From a bacterium BMS3Abin15 (GTDB lineage Bacteria; Patescibacteriota; Minisyncoccia; Moranbacterales; 2-12-FULL-40-10), in contig BDTH01000074.1 of the NCBI GenBank assembly GCA_002923195.1, forward strand, positions 9,081 to 73,080: DNA of 64,000 nucleotides. The letters are read 5' to 3'. The position numbers and the translations under genes are program-made. Positions 10,151-18,701 of the stretch are shown here, piece by piece. The notes under the pieces were generated by a model. The model worked only from the letters and a program-made list of their open reading frames with translations, was not told the origin of the DNA and did no database searches. The first letter of the stretch is position 1; every line of letters starts with the position of its first letter.

Positions 10151-10738
10151 TTAAGCATTATCAAATCTTTCCTCAGCAACATCCCAGTCAATGGCTTTAA
10201 AAAACGCTTCAATATAGTCAGCTTTCTTTAATCCATAATCCGGTATAAAAGCATGTTCAAAAACATCCATAACCAAAACCGGAATTGCACCTGCCAAATG
10301 GCCCAAGTCGTGTTCGTTAATCCAGACATTGAAGAGTTTGTCATTTTGGCAATCGCAATATAAAACTGCCCAGCCAATGCCGCGCATTGCCCCTAAGGCT
10401 TTAAAATCCTTTTCCCAGTTTTCATAAGAACCGAAGTCCTCTACGATTTTATCGCGAAGATTAGAATCCTTATCCAGCTCCTTGCCTCCCTTGGTCAGAT
10501 TTCCAAAATAATTCTCATGCAGGCGCATTCCGTTAAATTCCCACCCAAATCGGCGCTTTAACTCTGCGTACTCTGAATCGCCAGTTTTCCCCTCTTTTAA
10601 ATATTCCTCCAGTTTTTCGGTTAGCTTGTTGGTGTTAGCTACATATCCCTGATATAAAGTAAAGTGGTTCTGCAATGACTGATCACTGAACCCCTCTGTC
10701 CCCAAAAGATTGTCCAAATTTTTTGCTTCGTAAACCAT
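10151..10738 (-). CDS. Fe/Mn superoxide dismutase
   Basis: HFTLYQGYV, LHENYF, GIGWA and DVFEHAF motifs. Confidence 0.92.
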   Translation of the reverse strand: MVYEAKNLDNLLGTEGFSDQSLQNHFTLYQGYVANTNKLTEKLEEYLKEGKTGDSEYAELKRRFGWEFNGMRLHENYFGNLTKGGKELDKDSNLRDKIVEDFGSYENWEKDFKALGAMRGIGWAVLYCDCQNDKLFNVWINEHDLGHLAGAIPVLVMDVFEHAFIPDYGLKKADYIEAFFKAIDWDVAEERFDNA

Positions 10739-10806
10739 TTTTCTAATTTTAGCATTAAGCACACGTAATAAATATACAACTACACTCTATAAATATTTCT
10801 TCCCTG

Positions 10807-10871
10807 TCCCCACACCAATACTAGTGAAGTTTACTGCTATTTTTAGTTTGTCGTAAATATTGGCGTGGGGA
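10807..10871. mobile_element. 65-bp miniature inverted-repeat element (CCCCCACACC family)
   Basis: TCCCCACACCAATA...TATTGGCGTGGGGA; ends 4 nt before TTGACA. Confidence 0.75.
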
Positions 10872-10875
10872 TGAA

Positions 10876-10905
10876 TTGACATTACCTCACTCCATAATAC
10901 ATAAT
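10876..10905 (+). promoter_or_regulatory. Sigma70-type promoter for thiI
   Basis: TTGACA (10876) - 18 nt - CATAAT (10900); ATG at 10915 implies a near-leaderless mRNA. Confidence 0.55.
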
Positions 10906-10914
10906 ACTTTATAC

Positions 10915-12315
10915 ATGATACATCATACACACATCATCTGCCACTATAACGAAATAGGCATCAAGGGAGGAAATCGGGATTATTTCGAGAAAATGCTGGT
11001 TGATAATATCAAAAATAAGTTGGATAGAGATATCTCTAATGGATTTGAACATGCACGCCCCCGCACTAATTCTAAAATAATAAAAAGCTCAAAAATTAAT
11101 TCACGCAACAGTCTTGATTATAAACATAGTAAGGTCACTGCTAATATTGGTGTGGGGGTAAAACGCATTTCCGGCCGAATAATCATAAGACTCACGAATA
11201 AAGAGCAGATGAAAAGCAAATTTGAACTAATATTAAAAAACATCTTCGGTATTGCTAATTTTTCTTTCGCCATTGAATCAAAACAGGACATAAAAATACT
11301 TCAGGAAGATTGCTGGAATCTTATTAAAAATGAAAAGTTCAAGACTTTTAGAGTTACAACTCAGCGGTCAGAAAAAAACTATCCTCTTACTTCCCAGCAG
11401 GTTAATGAAAAAGTAGGAGATTACATTTGTAAAAAATTAGAAAAGGATGTTCGCCCTGTTAAATTCGCCAGAAGCGGTGCAAAACAATTTAACAGGGTAA
11501 ATCTCAAAAATCCAGATATTAATTGCTTCATTGAAATAGTGGATAAGCAAGCGTTTATTTATTTAGAAAAAATAGACGGTCCGGGAGGAATGCCAGTGGG
11601 AACCAGTGGGAAAGCCTTAGTGCTTCTTTCTGGAGGAATTGATTCGCCGGTCGCCGCTTACTATATGCTTAAGAGAGGAGTTAGAACTGATTTTATTCAT
11701 TTTCACTCTACTTCTCCGGCTTCGGTAGGTAAGGTCAAGGAGCTGGCAAAAATCATAAACAAGTTTCAGCTGAATTCAAAAATATTTATAATTCCATTTA
11801 CTGAAATCCAGAAAGAAATCATGGCGCAGACTCCTCCTAAGTTAAGGGTTATATTCTACCGAAGAGTGATGCTGAAAATTGCCGAAGCTATTGCTAATAA
11901 AGAAAAGTATTTAGTTCTTGTTACCGGAGAGGCGGTGGGACAGGTGGCCTCGCAGACATTGGAAAATATAGCGGTAATAGAAGATGCTGTTCACCCCCAC
12001 ACCAATTTAGTTAATAAAAGCTTACTTAATAAAAAAACTACTACCGATAAAAATAATAGAATTGGTGTGGGGGTATATATACCCGTTCTTCGCCCACTAA
12101 TTGGGTTTGATAAAGAAGAAATTATAAATAAAGCCAAAGAGATCGGGACTTATGAAACTTCCATCCTTCCCCATGAAGATTGCTGTACCCGCTTTATTCC
12201 CAAACATCCGGAAACCAGAGCCAAATTAACCGAAGTAAAAGAAGCGGAAAAGAATTTGAATGTTGAGAAACTGGTCAAAGAAGCAATAAAGAATTATAAT
12301 TCAGAAAAGCTTTGA
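10915..12315 (+). CDS. thiI: tRNA 4-thiouridine synthase ThiI (no rhodanese domain) with three in-frame palindromic insertions
   Basis: YNEIGIKGGNR, THUMP domain, PP-loop LSGGIDS, GQVASQT, PVLRPL and DCC. Confidence 0.93.
   Translation: MIHHTHIICHYNEIGIKGGNRDYFEKMLVDNIKNKLDRDISNGFEHARPRTNSKIIKSSKINSRNSLDYKHSKVTANIGVGVKRISGRIIIRLTNKEQMKSKFELILKNIFGIANFSFAIESKQDIKILQEDCWNLIKNEKFKTFRVTTQRSEKNYPLTSQQVNEKVGDYICKKLEKDVRPVKFARSGAKQFNRVNLKNPDINCFIEIVDKQAFIYLEKIDGPGGMPVGTSGKALVLLSGGIDSPVAAYYMLKRGVRTDFIHFHSTSPASVGKVKELAKIINKFQLNSKIFIIPFTEIQKEIMAQTPPKLRVIFYRRVMLKIAEAIANKEKYLVLVTGEAVGQVASQTLENIAVIEDAVHPHTNLVNKSLLNKKTTTDKNNRIGVGVYIPVLRPLIGFDKEEIINKAKEIGTYETSILPHEDCCTRFIPKHPETRAKLTEVKEAEKNLNVEKLVKEAIKNYNSEKL
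11058..11158. mobile_element. In-frame inverted-repeat element 1 in thiI
   Basis: CCCCCGCACTAAT...ATTGGTGTGGGGG; translates RPRTN...IGVGV. Confidence 0.8.
11454..11497. mobile_element. In-frame inverted-repeat element 2 in thiI (CCCYG family)
   Basis: CCCTGTTAAATT...AATTTAACAGGG; translates RPVKF...FNRV; termini match 6281-6341. Confidence 0.8.
11994..12073. mobile_element. In-frame inverted-repeat element 3 in thiI
   Basis: CCCCCACACCAATT...AATTGGTGTGGGGG; translates HPHTN...IGVGV. Confidence 0.85.
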
Positions 12316-12373
12316 AATTCTTAGCGCCGACCATACTAACTAGTAACTTAAAAATAAATAAAGGAGGTGAGAA

Positions 12374-12877
12374 GTGTTAAAGGCATTAAGAGTCAGCATT
12401 TTGTTATTCTTATTTCTAATGCTTCATATATCTGCATCAACCTGTTCTGCTGAAAAGATGATTGTTATTAAACTCAAAGACAAGACTCTGGAATTTTATG
12501 ATGCTGGGACATTGATCAAGAAGTATGATGTGAGAGTCGGGAAAAAACCAACTCCTACTCCAACAGGTGATGGATATATTTATGAGAAAAGGAAACGCCC
12601 TGTCTTTAGATATATAGACCCTCCAAATAAGGGAAAAGTTATTAAGTATGTTACGTTAGGTAGCGGGAAGACAATTAAAGTGCCTCGTAACAAAATGAGA
12701 TCGTTGGGATTCCGAATTAATGGCTATGATACGGACAAATACAGCATCCACTCAACCAATCATACTGACACGATCGGAAAGGCAATATCAAACGGATGTG
12801 TTGGAATGAGAATAGAAGATATGCTGGAATTTTACCCGCTGATTGAAGTGAATACAAAAGTAACTATAGAACCTTAA
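12374..12877 (+). CDS. L,D-transpeptidase (YkuD family)
   Basis: Signal peptide, VGKKPTPTPTG, SIHST and SNGCVGM catalytic motif; AGGAGGT SD. Confidence 0.9.
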   Translation: MLKALRVSILLFLFLMLHISASTCSAEKMIVIKLKDKTLEFYDAGTLIKKYDVRVGKKPTPTPTGDGYIYEKRKRPVFRYIDPPNKGKVIKYVTLGSGKTIKVPRNKMRSLGFRINGYDTDKYSIHSTNHTDTIGKAISNGCVGMRIEDMLEFYPLIEVNTKVTIEP

Positions 12878-12907
12878 GCCGTCTGAAAAATATCAGACGG
12901 CTTTTTT
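12877..12907. terminator. Intrinsic terminator
   Basis: AGCCGTCTGA-AAAATA-TCAGACGGCT followed by a T run. Confidence 0.85.
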
Positions 12908-12931
12908 ATTATCGTTGTTAGATTTGAAATA

Positions 12932-13456
12932 TTAATGAAGATTTAATCGGCTATTTCTCAATTCTTTTCTTATATCTCTATGGTCAGGAGCTGTCCTGGA
13001 TACCAAATCCCAAAATTCCTTGGAATGATTGAATTCCTTTAAATGGCATAATTCGTGAACGATAATATAGTCTGCTATTCTTGCCGGCAGTAATGCCACT
13101 TTGTAATTAAAGTTTAAATTTCCTTTTTTGGAACAGCTTCCCCATCTGGTTTTCTGATTTCTGATATTAATTCTATTGAATTGGAAATTATAAAAATTAT
13201 TGAAATGTTCAATCCGGTTACCAATAAATTTCCTGGCCTCCTCTTTATGCTTCAAATATTCTGCCTTATTATTTCTGAAAAAGAAGTTGCCTTTGAATTT
13301 TTTGAAATGTTCCAGTTTCGATAAAATCCAATTGGCTTTTTGAATAATAAATCTTTCAACCGAATTCTCGCTTAACCCTTGCGGGCGGGTAGCCACTAAA
13401 TTTCCGTCGCAATAAATAGACAGGCGCATTCTCTTGGCGCGCCTGCTAGTTCTCAA
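12932..13456 (-). CDS. YgjP/DUF45 (M48-like) zinc metallohydrolase
   Basis: KTRWGSCS and YIIVHELCHLKEFNHSKEFW. Confidence 0.9.
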   Translation of the reverse strand: MRTSRRAKRMRLSIYCDGNLVATRPQGLSENSVERFIIQKANWILSKLEHFKKFKGNFFFRNNKAEYLKHKEEARKFIGNRIEHFNNFYNFQFNRINIRNQKTRWGSCSKKGNLNFNYKVALLPARIADYIIVHELCHLKEFNHSKEFWDLVSRTAPDHRDIRKELRNSRLNLH

Positions 13457-13497
13457 TGTATAATTAATTTTTTTATCCTGAAGCTCTATTTGTTTTT

Positions 13498-13692
13498 TTA
13501 TATGATTTGTATTAAATAGCCAATTAAAACTAGAGTGACGCCTGTTATTCCGATTAACCGTTCCCTTTTCATAGCTTTAAACACTTTCTTGTCTATTTTA
13601 TGTTCATTTAAAACACGGTAATGTACCCGCAACGCCGCAAAGGCAATAAGTATCGTTCCGAGCGCATCCAGTGTTAGCGTGATTTTTTCCAT
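13498..13692 (-). CDS. Small two-TM membrane protein
   Basis: Two hydrophobic segments; MEKIT start. Confidence 0.65.
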   Translation of the reverse strand: MEKITLTLDALGTILIAFAALRVHYRVLNEHKIDKKVFKAMKRERLIGITGVTLVLIGYLIQII

Positions 13693-13714
13693 ATTTTCAT
13701 TATAGCACATCAGA

Positions 13715-13742
13715 TTGACAAACAGGATTAGATATGTATAAT
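13715..13742 (+). promoter_or_regulatory. Consensus sigma70 promoter
   Basis: TTGACA - 16 nt - TATAAT. Confidence 0.65.
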
Positions 13743-13748
13743 AGGAAG

Positions 13749-13911
13749 CAAATAGAGTCTCAAAAGTTTATCAATCAGTGTCTCGTAAGTGCTCTGTTTA
13801 AAAGGGGTCAGGAGCATTAGAGGAAATTACCTCTCCCCGTTCCCAAAAGGGAATGAAGAAAGAGGACCTATATTTCTAGGACAAGGGCCATTCATATGAA
13901 TGGCCCTTTTT
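13749..13911 (+). ncRNA. Candidate ~160-nt structured small RNA
   Basis: Lies between a consensus promoter and its own terminator (AAGGGCCATTCAT/ATGAATGGCCCTT plus T run); several hairpins; only tiny ORFs. Confidence 0.4.
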
Positions 13912-13940
13912 AATTTGCGCCGCAACGTGAATAAAACAAA

Positions 13941-13974
13941 AAGCCGTAGTCTCTGTAATAAGAGACTACGGCTT
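13941..13974 (-). terminator. Terminator of the aminotransferase gene
   Basis: AAGCCGTAGTCTCT-GTAATA-AGAGACTACGGCTT. Confidence 0.8.
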
Positions 13975-13987
13975 AGTTTTAAAGCTT

Positions 13988-15385
13988 TTAGTATTTTACG
14001 TCTGCTTTTTCGAATCCGGATTCGATAGCAGCGATAAACTCGGGAGTTTCGATATCCTCCACGACCGCATAACGAATACACTCCGGATGCAGATGCACGC
14101 CTATCAGGCCGGTATTGCTGATCACCAACTCATTGAAATGCTTAGAGTCTTCGATGTTGACTCCAAAAGCTTTCTTTGGAAGTTCCCACCAGTTGAAAAA
14201 GGTGGACTTGGGCTTAACAACCGGCTGCATACCATATTTCGTTGCGATTCCAAAAAATAATTCTTGGCGCCGCTGGAATGTCTGCCAGTATTCCTTGATT
14301 TTTTCCGGTGCATAGCGTAAAACCGCTAGCACACCGACAGCCGCCGGAGCATAAAATCCCGAATCACAGTTCCCCTTGATGGTTGCGATGTCACCAACGA
14401 AATCAGTAGAACCAACTACCGCCCCTACCCGGTGTCCGGTAAGGTTACATCCCATCTTGGAAGATGAATACGATTCTGCCCAAGAAAGGTCGGGATAGTC
14501 AACAGCAACTTCAGATAAAAGCACGTTTTCTTCAGGCGCCAGCTTTGCATAAGCCGCATCGTTGAACAGCCGGATTCCGTTTTTTTCACAGAAGTCGCAT
14601 ATCATATACCAGAATTCCAGTGTCGCAATCTGTCCCGACGGATTATTGGGATAATTCATCATCATTAAGTCGCATACTTCCAAATGATCAGTGGGAAGAA
14701 ACTGGTTCTCTGCCGTTAAGGGAAACGTTTTATGCGGAATACCTAAATACTCACACATTGTCGCCGGTGTTGGATACCCTGGCTCCGACATACTCATAAC
14801 TTCCATGTTGTCACCAAAACTGTTGCGACAAGCCAGTATTATGTATTCAAAAGCAGGCTTGGTTCCCGGCAGGGGAAGGTATTTAACATTTGCATCTGGT
14901 AAACCGATTCGCACATGGTGCTGAACAAACTCTTCGGCGAAATCAGGACATTCTTTCGCCCATTGACTTTCTTTGTCTGTATCGATACTCATTACCCCAA
15001 GCAGAAAGGAAAGAAGATCTATTCCCTCTCTCACTGTATTAGACGGAAGAATGGTGGCAGCTCCACTTATACGATTAGCAATTTTCGCAATCGGGATATG
15101 GCTTTTACGAAGTGCTTTAAAAAATGCTGTCACGCCAGGCGCTCCATTGTCCTGATATCCATGAACGTCTTCGTTATCGAGCATTGTTGCCAGAACATTC
15201 ATGAATCTGGCAATTAGCAATGCCGAGCCAACGGGCTGGCCGATGGAAAGATTCCATATTTCAGTCCCTCCCGCCTCGGCAGCCTTGCGCATTGCCTTCA
15301 CTTCCGCGAAAATATTTACACCGCCTTCCGGCAAACGACTATACCTTCCTACTTTTCTTTTTCCGATCTCCTGTTTCATAATCAA
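13988..15385 (-). CDS. PLP-dependent aminotransferase class I/II (LL-DAP-aminotransferase-like)
   Basis: NLSIGQP, NYPNNPSG, NDAAY and SSSK...GHRVG PLP-lysine motif. Confidence 0.88.
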   Translation of the reverse strand: MIMKQEIGKRKVGRYSRLPEGGVNIFAEVKAMRKAAEAGGTEIWNLSIGQPVGSALLIARFMNVLATMLDNEDVHGYQDNGAPGVTAFFKALRKSHIPIAKIANRISGAATILPSNTVREGIDLLSFLLGVMSIDTDKESQWAKECPDFAEEFVQHHVRIGLPDANVKYLPLPGTKPAFEYIILACRNSFGDNMEVMSMSEPGYPTPATMCEYLGIPHKTFPLTAENQFLPTDHLEVCDLMMMNYPNNPSGQIATLEFWYMICDFCEKNGIRLFNDAAYAKLAPEENVLLSEVAVDYPDLSWAESYSSSKMGCNLTGHRVGAVVGSTDFVGDIATIKGNCDSGFYAPAAVGVLAVLRYAPEKIKEYWQTFQRRQELFFGIATKYGMQPVVKPKSTFFNWWELPKKAFGVNIEDSKHFNELVISNTGLIGVHLHPECIRYAVVEDIETPEFIAAIESGFEKADVKY

Positions 15386-15487
15386 CCCTCCCTTTCTTTG
15401 TTTGTTTGAAATATTTATATTTAAAATAACAGTCGTTGATAGTACACGCTATCACGTAATTCACTTCCTGTCAATGATTTTAATCCC

Positions 15488-15509
15488 GTGCAGGAGCAAG
15501 CTCCTGCAC
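15488..15509. repeat. Palindrome A, short copy
   Basis: GTGCAGGAGC-AA-GCTCCTGCAC; same arms as 16997-17030. Confidence 0.8.
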
Positions 15510-15548
15510 AAATAAAAAAGCGGATATTGGTTTTTAACCTCACCGCTT

Positions 15549-16157
15549 TCAAGTTTGTTCCGCATGGCGCAACTTAGTAGAATAGTTCGTTTTCGGATAA
15601 TAAATCGTATTACCACGCTGAATTGCAGTCTCCCAGTAAATAACATCTCGGACCAAATAGGCCGACTCGGAGAATAGTTTTTTGATTGGCACTATCCTCA
15701 TCAATTTACTTACTCCGATTCCCTTGAGTATTGGGAATCTCTGAAGCGTACGCAAATCGGAAGACGAATCCGGAGTAATACTTTTGTGGTAATCAATTAA
15801 GTATTTTTTTTCCGGTAATATTATCCAGGAGTGCTGGATAGGGATCCGCCAGAACATGTTCTGCCTAAGGCTTCCTTTTCTTGCTAACTTGGCAATCAAT
15901 CTTACAGTCCTTACAACTTCATCTTCATTAGATGCGATTGGAAGAAATAGATCGCAGTTTCCCCTTCGTGCTTCCTTGAAAAATGTCGAGAAGAGGTAGA
16001 ATGCTTGTCCGTCTTTGACTTCCGCCTTGATATTCCTCCCGGAAAGCTCGGATTTTAGCAGCCGCATTATTTCGTGGCAACGATAACGCTCAAAAACATT
16101 ATCATTGACTATGCTCACAATCATTTCTTTTATATCGCTCGCTGATAAATTAATCAC
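15549..16157 (-). CDS. Hypothetical protein
   Basis: 202-aa ORF with GGAGGTG SD, directly downstream of 16167-16433. Confidence 0.6.
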   Translation of the reverse strand: MINLSASDIKEMIVSIVNDNVFERYRCHEIMRLLKSELSGRNIKAEVKDGQAFYLFSTFFKEARRGNCDLFLPIASNEDEVVRTVRLIAKLARKGSLRQNMFWRIPIQHSWIILPEKKYLIDYHKSITPDSSSDLRTLQRFPILKGIGVSKLMRIVPIKKLFSESAYLVRDVIYWETAIQRGNTIYYPKTNYSTKLRHAEQT

Positions 16158-16166
16158 CGTGCCTGT

Positions 16167-16433
16167 TCACCTCCTTTTTTTGTCCGGCGCAATGCCAAGA
16201 AGAGGGAGTAGGATATCACTCCAGTTTTTAATAGAGCCGTTAATGCCGTTTATCTCAAGACCCTGACCATCTTCATCGTAATGAATATCAAGCCTGGGAG
16301 CTCTACAACATCCGCACCTTATGATGTACCGCGGAGTTTGACCTTTTCTTTGTCCATGGATTACGCGAATGCGGGAATATCCGCCTTCAAACTCTTGCCC
16401 CATTTTTCTTTGTATTTTTATTCCCTTTATCAT
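16167..16433 (-). CDS. Hypothetical protein (CGCC motif)
   Basis: 88-aa ORF with AAGGGGG SD. Confidence 0.6.
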   Translation of the reverse strand: MIKGIKIQRKMGQEFEGGYSRIRVIHGQRKGQTPRYIIRCGCCRAPRLDIHYDEDGQGLEINGINGSIKNWSDILLPLLGIAPDKKRR

Positions 16434-16605
16434 TTCATACCCCCTTAAAATTTTTTGTTAAGTTAACTGATAAGAAAGCATAGCACCCCAGCTATGTTTC
16501 TGTCAATCCATATGTAGAATTAAAAAATTGACAAAAGAGCATGCTAACGTTATGCTTTTTCAATCAATACCTAATAGTAAATATTATAAAAAAGGAGGTA
16601 TAGTA

Positions 16606-16938
16606 ATGAATGGTAACCCACCCGGAATACCCCTGCATCCAGCATACACAAGCGAGACTCATGGATTTGAGAAATATTTACGTCACCATGGCGGTGGCCA
16701 CAATCTTCTGAGGACCAAGCGGATTGCCCAGCCCTGCACTCTGCAAATAGGTGATATTCTTGCCAACGGAGATAGAGTATTATCCCTTCCCAGAGAGGGT
16801 GGCAATGGATCGGTTCTGATTCATTTGACCGGTGGCCTTTATGGACATTGGATAGGCGTTCCCGCTCGTATTCCGATTGCGCTACTTACAAAAGAAGATG
16901 GCGCACCAAAAGAAATATGGGATCTGGAAAAAGAATAA
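16606..16938 (+). CDS. Hypothetical protein
   Basis: AAGGAGGT SD before ATG 16606; TTGACA at 16528; terminator at about 16948-16978. Confidence 0.6.
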   Translation: MNGNPPGIPLHPAYTSETHGFEKYLRHHGGGHNLLRTKRIAQPCTLQIGDILANGDRVLSLPREGGNGSVLIHLTGGLYGHWIGVPARIPIALLTKEDGAPKEIWDLEKE

Positions 16939-16996
16939 GAAAAATAAAAAGGTCTGTGAATTATCACAGACCTTTTTTAATTTATGCAGACCCGCG

Positions 16997-17030
16997 GTGC
17001 AGGAGCTTAATACGTATTAAGCTCCTGCAC
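16997..17030. repeat. Palindrome A (perfect, 34 bp)
   Basis: GTGCAGGAGCTTAATAC|GTATTAAGCTCCTGCAC. Confidence 0.9.
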
Positions 17031-17039
17031 ATATCTACA

Positions 17040-17069
17040 ATCATCTTCTGACGGCCGTCAGAAGATGAT
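17040..17069. repeat. Palindrome B (perfect, 30 bp)
   Basis: ATCATCTTCTGACGG|CCGTCAGAAGATGAT. Confidence 0.9.
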
Positions 17070-17072
17070 GCC

Positions 17073-17633
17073 TTAAGTAGTTTTAAAAAAGCGCCTTTTA
17101 AGTTTTGTTTCATTATCAATTTTGGTAGCTGTAATTACCCGCACATAAGGCCCAGCCGAATAAAGAGCAATTAATTCTAAAATGGGTTTCTCGAAAGGAT
17201 ATGGAGAAACAAAAACACTGTGCTGAAGCTTAAGAAATTTGAGTGCTCGAAGATGTTCGCGCAAAATGTTACGAAAAAATCGATCTTTTTCAGGAATATC
17301 AAAAAGTACTATTCTCCATTTCTTATCCCAGCGTTTAGGCTTTTTAAGATTTATAGAATTACCCACCAAACTAAGTAGCTTGGCTTGTCGTTTTCCTTCT
17401 TTAGTAAGAATTAACTTGAAAGAACCGCCAGGGAGCGTTTTCTCTTTAATTAATTTTTCTTGAGAAAGTCGGCGAATGGAGCGATTAAAATTTTGCCTAT
17501 TTATTTTTCCCCAATCCTTCCGCAATTTTCGAAAAGTCCTAAAATACTGTCTAGGCGACGAAGATAATCCCATTGCTACTCCACCCATAAGCGCCAAAAG
17601 AATCTTTTTTTGTGCCGATCCGAATCTATACAT
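17073..17633 (-). CDS. PaaX-like protein (winged HTH plus Cas2-like ferredoxin domain)
   Basis: LTKEGK, WDKKWRIVLFDIPEK and FLKLQHSVFVSPY motifs; no CRISPR array nearby. Confidence 0.85.
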   Translation of the reverse strand: MYRFGSAQKKILLALMGGVAMGLSSSPRQYFRTFRKLRKDWGKINRQNFNRSIRRLSQEKLIKEKTLPGGSFKLILTKEGKRQAKLLSLVGNSINLKKPKRWDKKWRIVLFDIPEKDRFFRNILREHLRALKFLKLQHSVFVSPYPFEKPILELIALYSAGPYVRVITATKIDNETKLKRRFFKTT

Positions 17634-17644
17634 AATTTTACTAT

Positions 17645-17674
17645 ATCATCTTCTGACGGCCGTCAGCAAATGAT
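17645..17674. repeat. Palindrome B' adjoining the promoter of the PaaX-like gene
   Basis: ATCATCTTCTGACGGCCGTCAGCAAATGAT; abuts a minus-strand TGnTATAGT. Confidence 0.85.
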
Positions 17675-17694
17675 TGTTTTTTGTATTTGAGTCT

Positions 17695-17728
17695 GTGTAG
17701 GAGTTAAATGCGTATTGAGCTCTTGCAC
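17695..17728. repeat. Palindrome A' (degenerate, 34 bp)
   Basis: GTGTAGGAGTTAAATGCGTATTGAGCTCTTGCAC. Confidence 0.8.
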
Positions 17729-17733
17729 AGAGG

Positions 17734-17765
17734 CCCGCTTCGCCGAATCGAGGCGAGTAGGCAAG
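17734..17765 (-). repeat. CTTGCC...GCGGG hairpin element
   Basis: Minus strand reads CAGG-CTTGCCTACTCGCCTCGATTCGGCGAAG-CGGG. Confidence 0.6.
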
Positions 17766-17830
17766 CCTGAACGATGTTATGCTTTCATTATATTCTCCTT
17801 TTCCCAAATATAAAAGCGTCTTAGGGGGAG

Positions 17831-18556
17831 TTAATTATTTTGTATGTGCATAAAATTCAAGACTGTTTGGCGCGCTTGCACAATTTCTTCAAGTGTCAGG
17901 TTAAATCCATCAGCGCCTTGGGACATTAAGCGCCCTTCATCGTTTGGCACATGGCCCAGGCCGAAGACATGTCCGATTTCATGGGCAAGAACCCTGAAAT
18001 CATAGCTGGTAGTTAAATCAGCCACAGTAACAACTCCTAAACCGACAAATGCGATTCCATTCAGACCCATAAGTGTTTCTTTTAAAAAAACATTAATGCG
18101 GTGATTATGGTAATCACGGATATTGGCTACAAAAGCACCGGGATCATGCAGAAATGCATTAATCTCTTCGTCACTTAATTCAAGAAAAATAATTTCTTCT
18201 ATGTCCAATTCAATCCCTGCCTGCTCCCATATCTTTGACGTATTTTCAACCAGCCGCCTCACATCTTCTTCTGATCTTTTAGAGCCTGACTCGTCATTTA
18301 CAAATACAAAAACCCGCAAAGGAAGCGCGACTAATTCAGCATCGAGTCTGTTCTCTACTTCCTTCTGAGTAACGCTGTCCGGTGTCCGTTGGTATAGAAA
18401 TAACTGATACACTCCTGAAATATAAAGAAGCCCTACGATTACAACAAGGGCGACCACTATGCGAATATATCGCAAAATTATCTCGCCTTTGGTTGGCTCT
18501 TTATGCTCCTTGTCTGGATCAAAAAGATTTGGATCATCAGGGTCAATTTTTTTCAT
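17831..18556 (-). CDS. Membrane-anchored metzincin-type zinc metalloprotease
   Basis: TM helix, HEIGHVFGLGH and a Met-turn (RLMS). Confidence 0.85.
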   Translation of the reverse strand: MKKIDPDDPNLFDPDKEHKEPTKGEIILRYIRIVVALVVIVGLLYISGVYQLFLYQRTPDSVTQKEVENRLDAELVALPLRVFVFVNDESGSKRSEEDVRRLVENTSKIWEQAGIELDIEEIIFLELSDEEINAFLHDPGAFVANIRDYHNHRINVFLKETLMGLNGIAFVGLGVVTVADLTTSYDFRVLAHEIGHVFGLGHVPNDEGRLMSQGADGFNLTLEEIVQARQTVLNFMHIQNN

Positions 18557-18701
18557 AATTTTTATCTCAGATTCCTTTTACTTTACTCCTGCCAAATCTG
18601 AAAATCAAGTTTATGATTCCTATTTTTATGCTAGTATAAGTTTCATTAAAAACCCCGCCTCAGCGGGGTTTTTGTATTATCGTAAATATATATTTTTAAA
18701 A

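Noticed and set aside
10876-10914. TTG start of thiI given in the ORF track
   Set aside because: The TTG is part of the TTGACA -35 box; ATG 10915 fits the expected ThiI N-terminus better.
16997-17728. Possible CRISPR locus (Cas2-like gene plus repeats)
   Set aside because: The repeats are isolated palindromes, not a repeat-spacer array; there is no cas1 or effector gene; the protein is PaaX-like.
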